42,384 nucleotides of DNA from a virus: positions 1 to 42,384 of IMG/VR virus record IMGVR_UViG_3300017446_000008; one strand, given 5' to 3'. Positions 6,940 through 14,168 of this stretch are shown here, piece by piece. Made by a program: the position numbers and the translations under genes. The notes beneath the pieces are model-generated. The model did no database searches. It saw only the letters and a program-made list of their open reading frames with translations, and was not told the origin of the DNA. Position 1 is the stretch's first letter. Every line of letters begins with the position of its first letter.

Positions 6940-7842
6940 TTATGCTTGTTTTTTATTTAGTTCATCATCTAACCACTGCAGATATTTACGCCCTGCAATC
7001 ACTTTCTTTTTTATTAATTCTTGCGCTGCTTCATCGCGTTCAACCACATATTCTAATAGTTTTTGATTAAGTGGCAAATCATCATAGGTCATTGATTTTT
7101 CAATTTCAGCGCATCCTTCAATATATGTTATATTCCCTTCATCAGGCTGGCCCATCTTGAACCATAAGCTACGTTTAGCCGCTTCTATTAATGGTTCTGG
7201 TGTATTTACTAAACAGTATGCCAACGGAGCATTTAAAGCCCCTGTAAGCCACATATAACCTTGTAATTGCCAGTAGTATAATTGGTTTAATTTCTTCACG
7301 AACGTACGCCTGAAGGTATACAAATCCCACGAACACTTAATATCAGGCACTGCCGTTGCTTCATGAATAGAGTTACCCTCATACAAGTCAGGGGTACCCA
7401 TTATAAAAAGGTTTTTAAGATGAGTTTCATTCTTTTTAAAGAACTTCTTTTTAACCCGGCTGTAAACTGTGATCCCATCTTCTTCAACCATTAAGCCCTT
7501 TTCAATAAACTTATTGGTTATATCTGTTTGTCTGCCAGTAGTTGCCTGAGTATGTATGTCAGAAAGATGAACCCTGGCCGTTTCGGATAATTCAACTTCG
7601 TCTTTTATCAACTCAAACTCAGCAGCCATTTCACGCGCCTTTTGAACTGCAATGGCCTTGTTTTGCCACGACTTCATTTCTTTGCCTTTTGCATCAAATT
7701 GTTTAATTTCTGATAATTCAGTTTTTAACCTATCAAATCGAGACTGCGCGTCTTGCCATTTTTCAAAATTGGTTTTACCTTGAACATCAGTCATTAGGTG
7801 CCCCAAACTGGAGCACCTAAATAAGTGGTGAGTGAAATCCAT
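6940..7842 (-). CDS. YqaJ/lambda-Exo-like recombination exonuclease (PD-(D/E)XK)
   Basis: 300-aa ORF with CSSLGHLM near the N-terminus, EKGLMVEEDG, GTPDLY and VPDIKCSW (D..D/E-x-K). It has a stop/start overlap with recT. Confidence 0.7.
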   Translation of the reverse strand: MDFTHHLFRCSSLGHLMTDVQGKTNFEKWQDAQSRFDRLKTELSEIKQFDAKGKEMKSWQNKAIAVQKAREMAAEFELIKDEVELSETARVHLSDIHTQATTGRQTDITNKFIEKGLMVEEDGITVYSRVKKKFFKKNETHLKNLFIMGTPDLYEGNSIHEATAVPDIKCSWDLYTFRRTFVKKLNQLYYWQLQGYMWLTGALNAPLAYCLVNTPEPLIEAAKRSLWFKMGQPDEGNITYIEGCAEIEKSMTYDDLPLNQKLLEYVVERDEAAQELIKKKVIAGRKYLQWLDDELNKKQA

Positions 7843-8741
7843 TACAATGAGTTATAATGTTGGTTGTACAAATCGGCCTGAACATCATTGCTGATTGATG
7901 GTGCAAGTTGCTCTAATTCCTCTTTAGTTTTACAATCATTTACCATCAAACCGAAGCGTTCATTTTCTTTATTTATTTCTTCTTCGGTATTATCAATGTA
8001 GGTTACATCTTCAGTTTCTGCATTATTAATAATTGCCTGATCTGAATTAACCGCACGTTGCATTTCAATAGATAACGGCGCGTATTTTGATAATAGCAAC
8101 TTAGTAACCGTTTTAAGGGCCATGCTTTCAAAGTTGGTTTTCCATGTGCCGAACTTAAATGTTTTAGAGTACTTTCCACCGTGTCGTTCAACTTCTTCAC
8201 GGCTCATGTAAAGCGTTTTTTCAAATCCATTTAACAAGGAAAAGTAAGCTGCGTAACCAATTGGTTCACCTTCACCTACTACCGAAAAATCAAATTCAAT
8301 ACCGGTAAGTGGATTGTTAGACTTAACCTGACCATCATATATAGGGCTTGCCGATATGGTTTTAAATAGTCCGCTACGTTGTGCAAGCTGAATAAATCCT
8401 TTGTAACCTAATTGAAACTGTGCTACATTTTTCCATGTGTCCTGTTCACCTGGTTTACCTTTAACCTTTTCATTGTAAGGGATAATATAAGCAAATCCCA
8501 GATTATTATTAATTGGCAAATCTAATGTTGCGGCCATCATTGCAGCCTGATAGATACTGGCTGGCTCGGCTTTAGCAAGTAATTGATTTTGCGCCACGCA
8601 TTGCAGTATTGAAGTGATAAATGCTGTTGAACGTTTACCCATTAATTCGGTAAACTTTGCCTTTACGTTATCCTGTGCAAAAAAGTCTTTCGGCTTTGCA
8701 GGTACGTTGCTTTGTGCCTGTACGGCTGTTGTGTTACTCAT
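7842..8741 (-). CDS. recT: RecT-family single-strand annealing protein
   Basis: 299-aa ORF. FQLGYKGFIQLAQRSG and surrounding blocks are characteristic of the RecT family. Confidence 0.85.
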   Translation of the reverse strand: MSNTTAVQAQSNVPAKPKDFFAQDNVKAKFTELMGKRSTAFITSILQCVAQNQLLAKAEPASIYQAAMMAATLDLPINNNLGFAYIIPYNEKVKGKPGEQDTWKNVAQFQLGYKGFIQLAQRSGLFKTISASPIYDGQVKSNNPLTGIEFDFSVVGEGEPIGYAAYFSLLNGFEKTLYMSREEVERHGGKYSKTFKFGTWKTNFESMALKTVTKLLLSKYAPLSIEMQRAVNSDQAIINNAETEDVTYIDNTEEEINKENERFGLMVNDCKTKEELEQLAPSISNDVQADLYNQHYNSL

Positions 8742-8785
8742 TATTTCTATTTATTTATGTTAATTAATTGTTGCGTTGGGTGGGG

Positions 8786-9007
8786 TTAAAGATTAGATAG
8801 GATGCGCTTCAAATCTAATGCTCCTCGTTTTAGCGCAGAGGCTTCTCTTGATACAAAGCACGACCTTTTTTCTTCGGGTATTTCATTGTAGCCTCTTTCA
8901 ACAGAATAGCCAGTTTTATTATTTAATGCTCTTTGTTCAGCAGCTAATACACGTTCGTTAAAGCGTTCAAGCTCGCGTTTGATTTGTCTAATTTTTATTA
9001 ATTCCAT
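8786..9007 (-). CDS. Hypothetical protein (start moved to the ATG at 9007)
   Basis: The track start at 9025 is TTG. The first ATG gives MELIKIRQIKRELERF... Confidence 0.5.
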   Translation of the reverse strand: MELIKIRQIKRELERFNERVLAAEQRALNNKTGYSVERGYNEIPEEKRSCFVSREASALKRGALDLKRILSNL

Positions 9008-9024
9008 ATTGTGTGTTACTAACA

Positions 9025-9113
9025 AAGCCTCACCTCAATGGGCAGCGTCAACTAATCCCATCAAAGCAAGGCTTCAATTTCTTGATTGTTACCATAATTT
9101 GACGCTGGGTAAC
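9025..9113 (-). other. Structured non-coding spacer with mutually exclusive inverted repeats
   Basis: AAGCCT 9025-9030 pairs with AGGCTT 9069-9074. CAGCGTCAA 9043-9051 pairs with TTGACGCTG 9099-9107. GTTACC 9088-9093 pairs with GGTAAC 9108-9113. No ORF longer than 15 codons on either strand. Confidence 0.4.
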
Positions 9114-9154
9114 ATTTAATACATTACTAATATACGCTTTATTTCGGCAGGTTG

Positions 9155-9187
9155 GTTATAACATTTAGTTATAATAGATGGTTATAA
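9155..9187. repeat. Three direct GTTATAA repeats with 13-bp period
   Basis: GTTATAA at 9155-9161, 9168-9174 and 9181-9187. The last copy overlaps the stop of 9182..9373. Confidence 0.6.
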
Positions 9188-9373
9188 TTTTTTAAAATAT
9201 TTTTCAATATCATCGTCGGGGAAGCAGTATTCCATACCAGAATTGGTAAGTATAATAGTAGAATGTGTTTGCCTTTTGTGAACTTCGTAAATATAGCCCT
9301 CTGTAAAATGATTGTCCTCTAAATCATACAATGATTTAATGCAAAATAATTCTGTTTCTTCGTCTACTCTCAT
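9182..9373 (-). CDS. Hypothetical protein
   Basis: 63-aa ORF. Confidence 0.5.
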   Translation of the reverse strand: MRVDEETELFCIKSLYDLEDNHFTEGYIYEVHKRQTHSTIILTNSGMEYCFPDDDIEKYFKKL

Positions 9374-9374
9374 T

Positions 9375-9626
9375 TCACATCCTCCCCGTTAAAACGTAAC
9401 TGATTTCATTTGAATATTTAAACGCAATAAGTACCAAGGCACCTAACGGCACCGCATACTTAAAAAAATCCCAAATAGCACGTTTAAATAACATAAATTC
9501 ATACTGTTTGCGGCGCTGCTCCTGCCGTTCAAATATTGTCATCTGTGCGGAATCTTTTAGGTCATGCCATGTTTTGACCGATTTGTCTCTTTCAGTGAAA
9601 TCGTGTGTACCGTTGTAAATTTTCAT
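9375..9626 (-). CDS. Hypothetical membrane-anchored protein
   Basis: 83-aa ORF with a C-terminal hydrophobic segment AVPLGALVLIAFKY. Confidence 0.55.
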   Translation of the reverse strand: MKIYNGTHDFTERDKSVKTWHDLKDSAQMTIFERQEQRRKQYEFMLFKRAIWDFFKYAVPLGALVLIAFKYSNEISYVLTGRM

Positions 9627-9635
9627 GTTTGTTAA

Positions 9636-9839
9636 TTAATTATTTTTATTCATATAAGAAAGTCCAAATGCGACTACGGCTAAAAACCCACCCATGAAGC
9701 CTATAAACCCTCTTGCAAATTTACTCCATAGCTTTAAGTTAAATTCAGCTTGAGTAAAACTACCAATAAAGTATCAAAATGTAAATGCCGCTATTACAGC
9801 TATAAACGGTGATAATAAATCTGTTTTTTCGTCTTTCAT
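9636..9839 (-). pseudogene. Small 2-TM membrane protein ORF interrupted by an in-frame TGA (9774-9776)
   Basis: Manual translation: MKDEKTDLLSPFIAVIAAFTF-TGA-YFIGSFTQAEFNLKLWSKFARGFIGFMGGFLAVVAFGLSYMNKNN. The full frame exactly fills the gap between neighbouring genes. Confidence 0.5.
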
Positions 9840-9843
9840 ATCT

Positions 9844-9984
9844 CTATCTATTTGAATTTTCAATTAACCAGCAGCTTATTCGGGCTGCAATTCCGAGGTA
9901 TCTCCACCCTGCGCGGCCATCAAGCATACAGCCTAGCTTAAATGCTTTATTATACATGGCATTGAGTTGTTGGGTTCTGGTCAT
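9844..9984 (-). CDS. Hypothetical 46-aa protein
   Basis: Manual translation: MTRTQQLNAMYNKAFKLGCMLDGRAGWRYLGIAARISCWLIENSNR. The ATG lies 2 nt after the stop of 9986..10225. Confidence 0.35.
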   Translation of the reverse strand: MTRTQQLNAMYNKAFKLGCMLDGRAGWRYLGIAARISCWLIENSNR

Positions 9985-9985
9985 T

Positions 9986-10225
9986 TTATTGATTTTTTAA
10001 ACGTTGCAGTTTTTCTTCTAATTCCTGAATTTCAATTAACTTTTGTTCTTCTGGAGATATTCGTTTGTAAAACCTTATCCATTGATAAGCCCAGACAGGA
10101 TCACCACTCCATTCGGCATTCATATAATCTGCACCTAAATCTTCAGCATGCTTTATATGTTCTTTAATTTCATCTATGCTAAATTTCTTATTAGCAACTG
10201 CGTAAACTTCTTCTTGATCTTTCAT
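9986..10225 (-). CDS. Hypothetical protein
   Basis: 79-aa ORF. Confidence 0.55.
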   Translation of the reverse strand: MKDQEEVYAVANKKFSIDEIKEHIKHAEDLGADYMNAEWSGDPVWAYQWIRFYKRISPEEQKLIEIQELEEKLQRLKNQ

Positions 10226-10226
10226 G

Positions 10227-10409
10227 TTAATATTCTCCTATGAATCTGACTGCGCTACGGTGATAAACATAATTTAGGTTAGTATTGCAAAACCTTTTAA
10301 TGATTATTAAATCACCATCTTGCAATGACTTATTACGGTAATATTGAAAAGCTACATTGTCGTAATAAAACTGAGTTTGTTTATTTTCTGCTGTTGTTGT
10401 ATAGGTCAT
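10227..10409 (-). CDS. Hypothetical protein
   Basis: 60-aa ORF. Confidence 0.5.
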   Translation of the reverse strand: MTYTTTAENKQTQFYYDNVAFQYYRNKSLQDGDLIIIKRFCNTNLNYVYHRSAVRFIGEY

Positions 10410-10415
10410 AATATC

Positions 10416-10637
10416 TTATTTAAGTGATTTGATTATCATGGCCCCAACGGGGCGGCATTGCTTGGTATGTTGATAAAAAGGCATATCTGCGTTTGAAATA
10501 AGAAAGGCTAACCCATCCCATATATATCCATCAAATGATTTGCCCTCAGTAATTTTAGGTCGCCACATTCCATATGGAAAATGAAAGTTTTTTAAGGTTT
10601 CATAAATCTCAATTCTTTGTCCTACTTGTAATTTCAT
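10416..10637 (-). CDS. Hypothetical protein
   Basis: 73-aa ORF. Confidence 0.55.
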   Translation of the reverse strand: MKLQVGQRIEIYETLKNFHFPYGMWRPKITEGKSFDGYIWDGLAFLISNADMPFYQHTKQCRPVGAMIIKSLK

Positions 10638-10641
10638 ATCC

Positions 10642-10890
10642 TTATTTGTTTAGGGCGGTGATTAGGGCATCAGCGGCCTGTACTGACATTTCAGATAATC
10701 CATCAATGTCATAATCTATTGCGCTGGCATTAGCTAATAACCCCTGCATGGCCATAGCAGCAAAGTGTTCGCGTTTTGTTAGGCCCAATGGGTTTATATT
10801 TACATTTTCTGAGCCGTATTGACCATGCACTGCATTACTTAAAATATGTTCGCTTAATGGTGTAGATGGATCGTTTGCGTTAGTTTTCAT
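10642..10890 (-). CDS. Hypothetical protein (GLTKREHFAAMAMQGLLAN motif seen in many phage small proteins)
   Basis: 82-aa ORF. The motif is recognised from memory only. Confidence 0.6.
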   Translation of the reverse strand: MKTNANDPSTPLSEHILSNAVHGQYGSENVNINPLGLTKREHFAAMAMQGLLANASAIDYDIDGLSEMSVQAADALITALNK

Positions 10891-11084
10891 AAAATTCTAA
10901 ATCTGTTTAAATTAAAATAATCGTTACTAATCGGTTTCGGGTTCTGTAATATCCGGATATTATGAAGGTTCACGCCTTCGTCTGCAGCCTGGTTAGCCTC
11001 TCCTTTACTAAATCCGTTCGCTATGGCAATGTTGTATAATTCAACACGCTTTTTGCCGTCTGTTGGAGTGGGTATGTTATACAT
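10887..11084 (-). CDS. Hypothetical protein (start moved to the ATG at 11084)
   Basis: The ATG at 11084 overlaps the upstream stop by 1 nt (TAATG). Sequence begins MYNIPTPTDGKKRVELYN... Confidence 0.5.
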   Translation of the reverse strand: MYNIPTPTDGKKRVELYNIAIANGFSKGEANQAADEGVNLHNIRILQNPKPISNDYFNLNRFRIL

Positions 11085-11269
11085 TATAATGAAGCTGCTA
11101 ATTCGTGGCACATATCGGTTAAAATCATTTCTTGGTGGTAGTTGAGCGGCACATCGTTACCTAAATCGTCGGTAACTGCTGTTATTTCAACCGATCCAAA
11201 TTCGCTGTTAAATTCTACTTCAACTGGTGTGTCGATTTCGTCTACTTCGATGGTGGTTAGGAGTGTCAT
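11084..11269 (-). CDS. Hypothetical acidic protein
   Basis: 61-aa ORF. Confidence 0.5.
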   Translation of the reverse strand: MTLLTTIEVDEIDTPVEVEFNSEFGSVEITAVTDDLGNDVPLNYHQEMILTDMCHELAASL

Positions 11270-11522
11270 GGGTGTTATTTTTTAATTTATTTTCAATTTC
11301 AGTTAACCAAAATTTATTTTTAAAAACGAATGCTTTCCCTATTTGAGAAACAGCTAATTCGATCATAAAACCTGATTCAATGCAATATTGCCTATCGTTT
11401 AATAAAACATATTTAAAATCTTTTAATAGCTCTAAATCTTTATTATCTATAGAAGACTTAGACAACAATTTATTTAATCTAGCTGGTTTTATATAAGGAT
11501 ACCATATATTTCTATGTTCCAT
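11220..11522 (-). CDS. Hypothetical protein (first gene of the leftward block)
   Basis: 100-aa ORF. Its C-terminal 17 codons overlap the next gene. Confidence 0.55.
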   Translation of the reverse strand: MEHRNIWYPYIKPARLNKLLSKSSIDNKDLELLKDFKYVLLNDRQYCIESGFMIELAVSQIGKAFVFKNKFWLTEIENKLKNNTHDTPNHHRSRRNRHTS

Positions 11523-11692
11523 AACTTTAAATTGTTAAAATTTATAATGCAATAGTACGCCGTTTAATAATACGATGCAAATAAAATGTAAAATTATTTT
11601 AAAATAAATTTAAAATAATATTTGGTAGTTATAAATATACTTCGCATCTTTGAAGTGTCAACCAATAAGGGTTGCGTTAAAAAATTACAATT
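11523..11692. promoter_or_regulatory. AT-rich divergent control region between the leftward and rightward blocks
   Basis: No ORFs. Contains a 14-bp perfect palindrome TTATTTTAAAATAA (11594-11607) and TTAAAATAA x2 with 11-bp period (11599-11607, 11610-11618). Confidence 0.6.
11621..11652 (+). promoter_or_regulatory. Rightward promoter candidate TTTG-N20-CATCTTTG
   Basis: TTTG at 11621-11624, a 20-nt spacer, then CATCTTTG at 11645-11652. The ATG of the first rightward gene is at 11693. It shares the ATCTTTG core and N20 spacing with the sites at 20077-20108 and 27784-27815. Confidence 0.5.
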
Positions 11693-11968
11693 ATGGCAAG
11701 TGGTTTATTAATATTGGTACGGGGAAAAGACGTATTACTAACCTCCGAAACAATCAACAAAACTCGACTATCATTTTACGAAAATGCTATTGCTTGTATA
11801 GAGGAAGCTTTATCTGGAGAGGTTAGTGTAAATAACATAATTGATTATATTAAATGGAAAAAAAAGCAATCATTTGAGGCCTTGCAAAGCAAAGCGCCAT
11901 ATAGCTTCACGTTTATACAAAGGGCTTATTATATACAATCAGGTGAGTGTATTCCGCTACTCAATTAA
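11693..11968 (+). CDS. Hypothetical protein
   Basis: 91-aa ORF, first gene of the plus-strand block. Confidence 0.55.
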   Translation: MASGLLILVRGKDVLLTSETINKTRLSFYENAIACIEEALSGEVSVNNIIDYIKWKKKQSFEALQSKAPYSFTFIQRAYYIQSGECIPLLN

Positions 11969-12043
11969 CCCAAAAATATTCCGCAAAAACATTCCGGTAT
12001 CTGCCAGCCCTGCTCGTTTCGATTGGCGGGGATTTGGTGGTAT

Positions 12044-12244
12044 ATGGCAGTATTAACTACACGAAAACAAACCTATCCATTTAAGACAATGGAAGTAAAT
12101 GACACATTTAAGATTAAAAAAGAAAAGTATAATTCTATGCTAACAAGTCATAGGCAGCACAACAAAAATCATCCTGATAAAGCTATTGAAATTAAAGCTG
12201 AATCTATTTCATCAACACAATATTTAGTAACACGAACATCATGA
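12044..12244 (+). CDS. Hypothetical protein (start moved to the ATG at 12044)
   Basis: The track start at 12023 is TTG. The ATG gives MAVLTTRKQTYPFKTMEVNDTF... Confidence 0.5.
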   Translation: MAVLTTRKQTYPFKTMEVNDTFKIKKEKYNSMLTSHRQHNKNHPDKAIEIKAESISSTQYLVTRTS

Positions 12245-12354
12245 CCAACCCACTAACCCCCACCAACTGGAACAGCTTATTAAACTACGCTGGCTATTTA
12301 ATAATGATAGCATTTTTTATAGGTGAAATTTATTTAATTTTTAAGGCGATTTAA
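12241..12354 (+). CDS. 37-aa single-TM peptide
   Basis: Manual translation: MTNPLTPTNWNSLLNYAGYLIMIAFFIGEIYLIFKAI. ATGA overlap with the upstream stop; ends 2 nt before the next ATG. Confidence 0.4.
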   Translation: MTNPLTPTNWNSLLNYAGYLIMIAFFIGEIYLIFKAI

Positions 12355-12356
12355 TT

Positions 12357-12596
12357 ATGTCTCCAGAACAAATATACGATGGCACTTGGGAAGTGCAATG
12401 TGGTATAGCTCAGCCTTATCATCCCACTATTGACCAATATGGAGCAGGTGCTTTTATGTACGCAGCTTCCTTTAGGGATAAATTCAAAGAACACATTTAT
12501 AACACTATAAATTTATCAGATGGATTTTATAGAGCTTCATCAATTGAGTTTTTAAACAATAAGTGTAATAACATTATAATTCCAAAAGCTATATGA
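12357..12596 (+). CDS. Hypothetical protein, paralogous to the N-terminus of 14165..15109
   Basis: MSPEQIYDGTWEVQCGIAQPYHP...LSDGFYRASS aligns with MTAEEIYQGQWVADGLTIRPYIP...LPNGIYEASE. Confidence 0.6.
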   Translation: MSPEQIYDGTWEVQCGIAQPYHPTIDQYGAGAFMYAASFRDKFKEHIYNTINLSDGFYRASSIEFLNNKCNNIIIPKAI

Positions 12597-12769
12597 GTTT
12601 CAATATAGAAAACATGCATGCGCTTATTATATTTAAATATATAAAGGTTCTTTTTCCCTTTAGCAGCCTTATTAAATTAAGAGATGATGTTATAGAAGAG
12701 GAAAAATGCAACTATTTTAAATTTGGATATATATCAGAAGATTTAGAGAAACCAATCCTTTATTATTAA
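12593..12769 (+). CDS. Hypothetical 58-aa protein (below the track cutoff)
   Basis: Manual translation: MSFNIENMHALIIFKYIKVLFPFSSLIKLRDDVIEEEKCNYFKFGYISEDLEKPILYY. ATGA overlap with the upstream gene. Confidence 0.4.
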   Translation: MSFNIENMHALIIFKYIKVLFPFSSLIKLRDDVIEEEKCNYFKFGYISEDLEKPILYY

Positions 12770-12778
12770 AAATTAGTT

Positions 12779-13105
12779 ATGAGTTTGACAAAAGAAAACC
12801 AGGCGAAAGCGGAAGAGATACTTCTTGATGAAGCTGGGTGTACCAAGGCATTAGCAATGGGCATAGGAGTGTCTTTTAAAACAGCCTTATCAGCTATGGA
12901 AGCCTACGCCACCCCCCGCGAGCAACAAGCCGTAAAAAAGGTGTTATTCACTTTCAGGGATATGGCACTGCATCAAAAAATTGAGCGACCAGTTTGTGAC
13001 GAGGATAGCATGTATAACGCTGGTCTTATCGATTTGATTCGAAAACTTGATGAATTAGAACCCGACATCCTTTTACTTTTAAATGGAGGGGAGGAATGGA
13101 AATGA
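12779..13105 (+). CDS. Hypothetical protein
   Basis: 108-aa ORF. Confidence 0.6.
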   Translation: MSLTKENQAKAEEILLDEAGCTKALAMGIGVSFKTALSAMEAYATPREQQAVKKVLFTFRDMALHQKIERPVCDEDSMYNAGLIDLIRKLDELEPDILLLLNGGEEWK

Positions 13106-13824
13106 AATACATGGGAAGTAAGGATAAATACGCAAAGTATTTACTGCCTTACATTTTAGCAGACAGAAAGCCAAGTCAATATTATGTAGAACCGTTTGTT
13201 GGAGGATGTAATATGATTGACAAGGTTTCAGGCAATAGAATAGGCTCCGACTGCAATATGTATTTAATTGCTATGTGGCAAAATTTACAAGCGGGATGGT
13301 TACCTCCGCAAGAAATAACACGAGAAATTTACAATCGAGCGCGCGTTGCTTACAATGATAAATGTGAAGAACAAGCTAACTATATTGGCTATATTGGCTT
13401 TAATGGATCCTACGGAGGAAGATTTTTTGATGGTGGCTATGCAGGTATAACAACTGATAAGTATGGTAAGCAAAGGAATTACCCCTTGGAGGCTTACAAT
13501 AATGTAATCAAACAATTGCCTAAACTCGCTGACGTTAAGTTTATACACTCCGATTACCGACAACTGCAAATACCTGCTAATTCATTAATTTATTGCGATT
13601 GGCCGTACGAAAATACTAAAAAATATTCCATGAATTTTGACCATGAAAGTAAATGGGATTGGTTAAGGGAGCAAAAAGAGAAAGGACACACCGTATTCGC
13701 AAGTGAATATTCAGCTCCAAGCGACTTTAAAGAGGTTGTTGCATTGAACGCTAAAAGTAGCTTGCGCGCCAATTCGGTAATTTCAGGCAACAAAACAAGT
13801 ATTGAAAAACTGTTTACACTTTAA
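13096..13824 (+). CDS. dam: N6-adenine DNA methyltransferase, Dam/D12 class, with a DWPY catalytic-motif variant
   Basis: YMGSKDKYAKYLLPYI, VEPFVGGCNM (motif I FxGxG) and LIYCDWPY (motif IV position, normally DPPY). Confidence 0.8.
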   Translation: MEMKYMGSKDKYAKYLLPYILADRKPSQYYVEPFVGGCNMIDKVSGNRIGSDCNMYLIAMWQNLQAGWLPPQEITREIYNRARVAYNDKCEEQANYIGYIGFNGSYGGRFFDGGYAGITTDKYGKQRNYPLEAYNNVIKQLPKLADVKFIHSDYRQLQIPANSLIYCDWPYENTKKYSMNFDHESKWDWLREQKEKGHTVFASEYSAPSDFKEVVALNAKSSLRANSVISGNKTSIEKLFTL

Positions 13825-13835
13825 TCTAACTAACC

Positions 13836-14168
13836 ATGCAAAACAACCAACAGCCAGAGGTTAAGGTAGGCGATAAATTATATTTAATACCTGCAGATAA
13901 AAGGCACAACCCATTTGAAGCAGAAGTTGATAGCGTTAGTAGAGTGTATTTTACACTTGAGCATATTTCAATTAAGTTTTATAAGAACACATTGCAGCCA
14001 AAAGAGCAAAACTACGGATATAATTATCCTTACACCGTTTACTCTTCTAAAAAAGAATACGACGAACTTCAAGAACTTAAAAGATTAAGAAAGCTTTTAG
14101 CTGAAAAAGCAATGCTACTTAATAGACAAACAGTAGATAAATTGTTATCAATAATAGAATTACCATGA
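13836..14168 (+). CDS. Hypothetical protein
   Basis: 110-aa ORF. Confidence 0.6.
   Translation: MQNNQQPEVKVGDKLYLIPADKRHNPFEAEVDSVSRVYFTLEHISIKFYKNTLQPKEQNYGYNYPYTVYSSKKEYDELQELKRLRKLLAEKAMLLNRQTVDKLLSIIELP

Noticed and set aside
9774-9776. Genome-wide TGA-to-Trp recoding, as seen in some Bacteroidota-associated phages, considered as the explanation for the in-frame TGA.
   Set aside because: Many well-packed genes end in TGA with ATGA overlaps to the next start (for example at 282, 1660, 4975, 5553, 5940, 14165, 16150). TGA therefore functions as a stop in this genome, and only a local event remains plausible.
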